In this document: positions 60,101-64,000 of the stretch, one piece after another | Layout: each line of letters starts with the position of its first letter | Position numbering within the stretch: position 1 is the stretch's first letter | DNA from: an uncultured Thermotogaceae bacterium | GTDB taxonomy: Bacteria; Thermotogota; Thermotogae; MWEM01 | Reading direction: 5' to 3' | Length of the DNA stretch: 64,000 nt | Assembly (NCBI GenBank): GCA_964580185.1 | Contig: CAZOJQ010000008.1 | Location: forward strand, 2,426-66,425 | Program-made: the position numbers and the translations under genes | The notes under the pieces: generated by a model | The model's input: only the letters and a program-made list of their open reading frames with translations | Told to the model about the DNA's origin: nothing | Database searches by the model: none

Positions 60101-62156
60101 TTTCCTTTTCAATGATGGCTTTTTTCAGTTTTCGTGCTGTCTTGGATGTGGTTTCGTCTCCTAAGAGTTTGGCCAACACAAAGGGTTTAAAGAGTTCCAG
60201 CGCCATCTTTTTGGGGATTCCGCATTCATGGATTCTGAGTTCAGGGCCGACCACAATAACAGCCCGTCCGGAATAGTCCACTCGTTTTCCCAACAGGTTC
60301 CTTCGAAACCGTCCTTTCTTCCCTTTCAGAAGGTCCGTTAAGGATTTCAGAGGCCGGCCACCGCGGTCTGTGATTGGCTTGGACATCCGGCCATTATAGA
60401 TGAGCGCGTCGACCGCCTGTTGCAGCATCCGCTTTTCATTGCGAACAATAACATCGGGCGCGTTCAGATTCATTAATTTGGATAATCGATTGTTTCGATT
60501 GATGACTCTCCGGTAGAGATCATTCAAATCGGTTGTCGCAAACCGACCTCCTTCGATCTGAATCATCGGTCGGAGCTCGGGAGGAATCACGGGTACAGAG
60601 TTCAAGATCATCCACGTCGGATCGTTCGCTGAGGTCAAAAGGTCCTTGACGATCTGCAAGCGTTTCCTCAGTTTGAGCACGCGCGCGTTGGATCGGGGAA
60701 TCAGCCGAAGTTCATCTTCGATTTCGACTCGGATTTTCTCTAAATCCAGCTTTTCCAAAAGGATCTTTACCGCTTCAGCGCCGGTCTGCGCTTCAATCTT
60801 GCCCGGATACACGGTATGGTAGGCCTCATACTCATTGTCGGTCAAAATGTCACCGACTTTTTTGTTGATTTCTTGGGATACCGCTTCATCAATCTCGGTA
60901 ATCACCAAGATGGGTCGGTCGTTTTCAATTTCCGCTTCGACATTGAACATGCCGGGGTAGTAGTTTTCAAGGGTTTTGTACTCTGTAAGGGATAGGATTT
61001 CTTCCTCATACACAAACCGGTCGGCGATATGAGCGTCCTTTTCGACCATCTCGCCTTCATTGACATAGAGGATGGAACCTTCAATGATCGGGTATTTCTT
61101 TTCTTCAATAATATTTTCGATCAGGATCTGCCCATTGGAAGCGGTAACAAGCCGCCCATCAGGTCCTGAAGCAACCGTTAATCCTTTTCCGAAAACCACC
61201 TGACCCGAGAATTTGGATCGAATGGGGTCGTAGGTGACCATCTCGGAGAGGGGATCTCCTTTTTTTACTTTTGACTCGTCTTTCACCAAAACTTTGGCTC
61301 CATACGGTATGCTGAAGGTAACCGGCTGATCACCGCTCGTAATGATCGGCTCAATGGAAATCGTTCCCAGTCCTTCATCCACATCCACCGTTCCGTCGAT
61401 TGGCGCGTAAAGGGCAGGATGGGTCTGTTCGCTTGCCAATTCTTGTCCTTCTTCCACTCGATCTCCCGCCCGAACGTTGAGCATGGTGTCTTTGTGGACT
61501 GTATGGCCTTTGCTCACCTTATCCGTGATATGGACCCAATTGATGAGTTTGCCTGTATGGGTTTCTTCTTCGGTGATCGATACTTCCCCACCGATTTCCG
61601 CTCGAACGGGCCCCATGGGGCTCTTTACGATAACTGCGGGTTCGGCTTCAAAATCCCAAAACTCATTGTAGATGGAAAACTCCGTTTCATACAGGGTATC
61701 GCCGCTATCGAAGGGGGTGTTCTTTTTGTTGACCACCATAAACATTTTTTCGATGATCCGCAAAGATCCAAAATAGATGATGTTTTCCAAATCCTTGCTG
61801 GCCATGCTGAGTAGATTGGCAAGAATGCTTGGGGTGCTTTTCAAGTACCAAAGATGAACAACCGGAGCGGCAAGATCGATATGACCCATATTGAACCTTC
61901 GAGAAGACTTTGGCTCGATCCGAACACCGCATCGTTCACATACGGTCCCTTCATATTTCTTTCCTTTATACTTTCCGCACGAACATTCATAGTCTTTGGT
62001 AGGCCCAAAGATCTTTTCGCAAAACAACCCGTCTCGTTCGGGCTTAAAGGTTCGATAGTTGATGGTTTCGGGTTTTTTTACCTCTCCGTTGGTCCAACCC
62101 ATGATCGTCTCAGGAGAAGCCATCGTTATTTTGACATGGTTAATCTTTCTCATCAC
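57162..62156 (-). CDS. rpoC: DNA-directed RNA polymerase subunit beta-prime (1664 aa, with large lineage-specific insertion)
   Basis: N-terminal zinc finger CSCGKY...CERCGV, the catalytic NADFDGDQM motif, and the trigger loop/bridge helix. Confidence 0.95.
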   Translation of the reverse strand: MMRKINHVKITMASPETIMGWTNGEVKKPETINYRTFKPERDGLFCEKIFGPTKDYECSCGKYKGKKYEGTVCERCGVRIEPKSSRRFNMGHIDLAAPVVHLWYLKSTPSILANLLSMASKDLENIIYFGSLRIIEKMFMVVNKKNTPFDSGDTLYETEFSIYNEFWDFEAEPAVIVKSPMGPVRAEIGGEVSITEEETHTGKLINWVHITDKVSKGHTVHKDTMLNVRAGDRVEEGQELASEQTHPALYAPIDGTVDVDEGLGTISIEPIITSGDQPVTFSIPYGAKVLVKDESKVKKGDPLSEMVTYDPIRSKFSGQVVFGKGLTVASGPDGRLVTASNGQILIENIIEEKKYPIIEGSILYVNEGEMVEKDAHIADRFVYEEEILSLTEYKTLENYYPGMFNVEAEIENDRPILVITEIDEAVSQEINKKVGDILTDNEYEAYHTVYPGKIEAQTGAEAVKILLEKLDLEKIRVEIEDELRLIPRSNARVLKLRKRLQIVKDLLTSANDPTWMILNSVPVIPPELRPMIQIEGGRFATTDLNDLYRRVINRNNRLSKLMNLNAPDVIVRNEKRMLQQAVDALIYNGRMSKPITDRGGRPLKSLTDLLKGKKGRFRRNLLGKRVDYSGRAVIVVGPELRIHECGIPKKMALELFKPFVLAKLLGDETTSKTARKLKKAIIEKEMPQAWEVLEDVIKEHPIMLNRAPTLHRISIQSFMPRLVEGNAIRLHPLVCPPFNADFDGDQMAVHVPLSAKAQAEVKLLMLSRYNIISPADGQPLSRPDKEIIVGIYYLTLARKDFDQIPEEEIPHRFSSLEEGLLALEFAKINQSEKPLNLHTPVLMDIEGGRGGTPWRIKTTLGRAIWNEIIPTDFQDYQKTFGKKQIKELIYEIFKKYGIDRTAELLDDIKDLGFHYATQAGLTISVVDVVISPKKKDFIRQAEKKIKEIEAYYRKGFLTTLERKREIIKIWDKTTELIQKETYDYLGKDLFNPLYMMVASGARGNIDQIKQLAGMRGLMVGPAGDIIELPIRANFREGLSVMEFFMSTHGGRKGSADTALRTANAGYLTRRLVDVSQGIVVLKADCGTHHGVEATALRDEDMEIENLEKNIFGRVLGEAVIHPRTGEVLRNDQDPSRSYDRDVMLYDNDARFLATFSQKVDVMREYSLRYQDMRKDNHSYIELKEDIFASNGMLLFQAGTPVNWHMMQECNNHGISEVSVLEFPVVGNYSKQKIRSQDGKRVLLLEEEKIDPATARLLAEEEVSEVEVRPTIKIRTVFDCEAEDGVCAKCYGMDLSNHRIVSVGEAVGIIAAQSIGEPGTQLTMRTFHTGGIASAADITQGLPRAEELFEARKKLKENPAIFSKVRGFVKDIKQDETGKTKIYLEDYEGRISEYELASNLKTRNLVGDKVLPGSALSTGALRPRELMQELDVDATFTYLLREIKRVYSEQGVEIHNKHIELIIKQMLSKVEVIDPGDTDFLVGDLVMIQEVRKANETLLKNNAKVNENRKRVLGKELARHVLTREDKELVELAKDGETVTESLLQKLVRAGVKEVEIVEEHASELNPEPKTKTIQILAKEPVKYRRKLLRITKASLERIGWLSAASFQQTAQVLTESALRGSIDELKGLKENVIIGQIVPAGTGMDWYTAIEYEESVFGQKKTAI

Positions 62157-62165
62157 GCACCCCCA

Positions 62166-64000
62166 TCACTCTTTATCCAAGAGGATTTCATTCCCATGTT
62201 CGTCGAATACTTTTACGTCGAGGGCTACTCCCCTCAATTCCTTCACCAAGACTTTGAAGCTTTCCGGGATCCCGGCTTCTGGAACATTCTTGTTTTTGGA
62301 AATAGCCATGTATACTTCATTTCTTCCAAAGACATCGTCGGATTTAATTGTCAGCATTTCGTTCAGGGTATTGGTTGCGCCATAAGCTTCTAAAGCCCAT
62401 ACTTCCATTTCCCCAAACCTTTGTCCTCCGAACTGCGCTTTTCCTCCCAGAGGTTGTTGATGAATCAACGAATACGGTCCAACACTGCGCGCATGTATTT
62501 TGTCTTGCGCGATATGGACCAGTTTCATAATATACATAACACCGACAACAACTGAATTGGCAAAAGGTTCTCCTGTACGCCCATCTCGTAGGAATACTTT
62601 CCCGGACATGGTCTTGGGATGGTCTCCTTCTGTGATCCCCAATTCGCTTCTCCGTTTATACAAAGCACTCAAGACTTCATCTTCTTTCGCGCCGTCGAAT
62701 ACAGGTGTTGCAACAAACCAACCATTTAAATCAGCGAGCCATCCGAGATGTGTTTCCAAGATTTGCCCAATATTCATTCTCGAAGGAACCCCTAATGGAT
62801 TCAAAATAATATTGATCGGTTTGCCATCCGGCATAAACGGCATATCCTGTTTGGGAAGAATTTTGGATACCACTCCTTTGTTTCCGTGCCGACCCGCAAA
62901 CTTGTCTCCAATATCCAACGGTTTTCTACAGGCCACATATACCCGCACCATCGTATTAACCCCTGGACCGAGCTCGGAAACATCGTCTTTTTGGAAGATT
63001 TGAACATCGATCACTCGACCATTCACTCCGTGCGGCAGTTTCAGAGAAGTGTCACGGATGTCACGCCCGCGGTCTCCGAAAACTGAACGGATGATCTTTT
63101 CTTCGGGTGAGATCTCCGCTTCCCCTTTGGGGGTTACTTTTCCGACCAGAATATCTTCCGAAGTCACAAAAGCACCAATTCGAATGATGCCTTGCTCATC
63201 GAGGTTTTTCAAGCGATCTCGTCCAACATTTGGAATATCCGGTGTGATCTCTTCCGGACCCAAACGAGTCTCTCGCGCGTTGACCTCATACATTTCGATA
63301 TGGACAGAGGTGAATGTATCCTGCTCCAGAAGCTCTTCACTCATTAACATTGCGTCCTCGAAATTGTACCCTTCCCATGGCATGAAGGCGACCATAACAT
63401 TCTGTCCAAGCGCAAGCTCTCCCATATCCGTTGCGGGTCCGTCCGCGATCGGATCGCCAACACTCACGTACTCACCGACACTAACGATCGGACGTTGGTT
63501 GATCATCGTATCCTGGTTGGAACGGACGAATTTTTTCAGGTGGTAGGCATCGACAACTGGGTTTTTCCCATCAAACATAAGCTTGCCTTCTTCATCTTTC
63601 CGATGGATCCGGATGGAACTGGCATCCATTTTCACAACCTGTCCTGGATACTTGGCTAAGACCACAAACCCCGAATCCCGTCCTGCAATCCACTCAATCC
63701 CCGTACCTACTTTAGGCGCTTCGGGATGAACGAGAGGGACTGCTTGCCGTTGCATATTGGATCCCATCATGGCACGGTTGGAGTCATCATGCTCCAAAAA
63801 CGGGATCAAAGCCGTTGAAATCGCAATGGTTTGTTTTGGGGAAACATCGATAAAATCGACTTGATTCTTTTCAATATACTTGATTTCACTATGAAACCGA
63901 ACCGTCGGAAAGTCTACAGCAATCTCCCCATTCTTGGAGATTGGAGTATTGGCTTGGGCAATATTGTAATGTTCTTCTTCATCAGCAGTCAAATAGAAGA
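62166..64000 (-). CDS. rpoB: DNA-directed RNA polymerase subunit beta (3' portion; 5' end beyond the window)
   Basis: C-terminal RpoB motifs ([17 protein letters not shown]). The ORF is open to the window edge, and its stop lies 9 nt upstream of rpoC. Confidence 0.95.
   Translation of the reverse strand, partial: FYLTADEEEHYNIAQANTPISKNGEIAVDFPTVRFHSEIKYIEKNQVDFIDVSPKQTIAISTALIPFLEHDDSNRAMMGSNMQRQAVPLVHPEAPKVGTGIEWIAGRDSGFVVLAKYPGQVVKMDASSIRIHRKDEEGKLMFDGKNPVVDAYHLKKFVRSNQDTMINQRPIVSVGEYVSVGDPIADGPATDMGELALGQNVMVAFMPWEGYNFEDAMLMSEELLEQDTFTSVHIEMYEVNARETRLGPEEITPDIPNVGRDRLKNLDEQGIIRIGAFVTSEDILVGKVTPKGEAEISPEEKIIRSVFGDRGRDIRDTSLKLPHGVNGRVIDVQIFQKDDVSELGPGVNTMVRVYVACRKPLDIGDKFAGRHGNKGVVSKILPKQDMPFMPDGKPINIILNPLGVPSRMNIGQILETHLGWLADLNGWFVATPVFDGAKEDEVLSALYKRRSELGITEGDHPKTMSGKVFLRDGRTGEPFANSVVVGVMYIMKLVHIAQDKIHARSVGPYSLIHQQPLGGKAQFGGQRFGEMEVWALEAYGATNTLNEMLTIKSDDVFGRNEVYMAISKNKNVPEAGIPESFKVLVKELRGVALDVKVFDEHGNEILLDKE

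Overview
This 64 kb window is a gene-dense stretch of an anaerobic bacterial chromosome. The lineage is probably Thermotogae- or Synergistetes-like, judged from the 1664-aa RpoC, the [FeFe] hydrogenase, the glycine-cleavage and glutamate dehydrogenase genes, and a compact gene organisation with many 4-nt start/stop overlaps. Positions 1-14863 are mostly plus-strand accessory genes: two ABC-2 type transporters, a TetR regulator, an aminotransferase, an AlkD-like DNA glycosylase, GNAT acetyltransferases, a flavin oxidoreductase, an orphan RACo-like ASKHA/ferredoxin protein, HtpX, a SagB-type dehydrogenase and a sugar transferase. From 14871 to the end, every predicted gene is on the minus strand. 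In order of rising coordinate these are glgX, plsY, der, rpsA, ispH, cmk, aspS, gcvH/gcvT, scpA, trpS and gdhA, then a five-gene Nqr/Rnf-type ion-pump operon (B-C-D-E-F order) with no NqrA, then a protein that fuses two solute-binding domains to a chagasin-like domain. They continue with ybeY, a PgpH-like HD protein, phoH, lysA, a dCMP deaminase, a hydantoinase, a YgeW-like carbamoyltransferase, fabZ/fabF, a glycosyltransferase, nhaC, an ABC importer pair, a monomeric [FeFe] hydrogenase, tRNA-Ser(TGA), rpmE, rpoC and a partial rpoB. No transposase, integrase or CRISPR array was seen. The most unusual loci are the NqrA-less Nqr/Rnf hybrid operon with its flanking SBP-chagasin fusion and unknown tail gene, an exporter/TetR/AlkD-like/GNAT cluster, and a 14-bp tandem repeat array upstream of an FN3-type lipoprotein gene. 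All calls are based on motif recognition by eye. No database searches were run.
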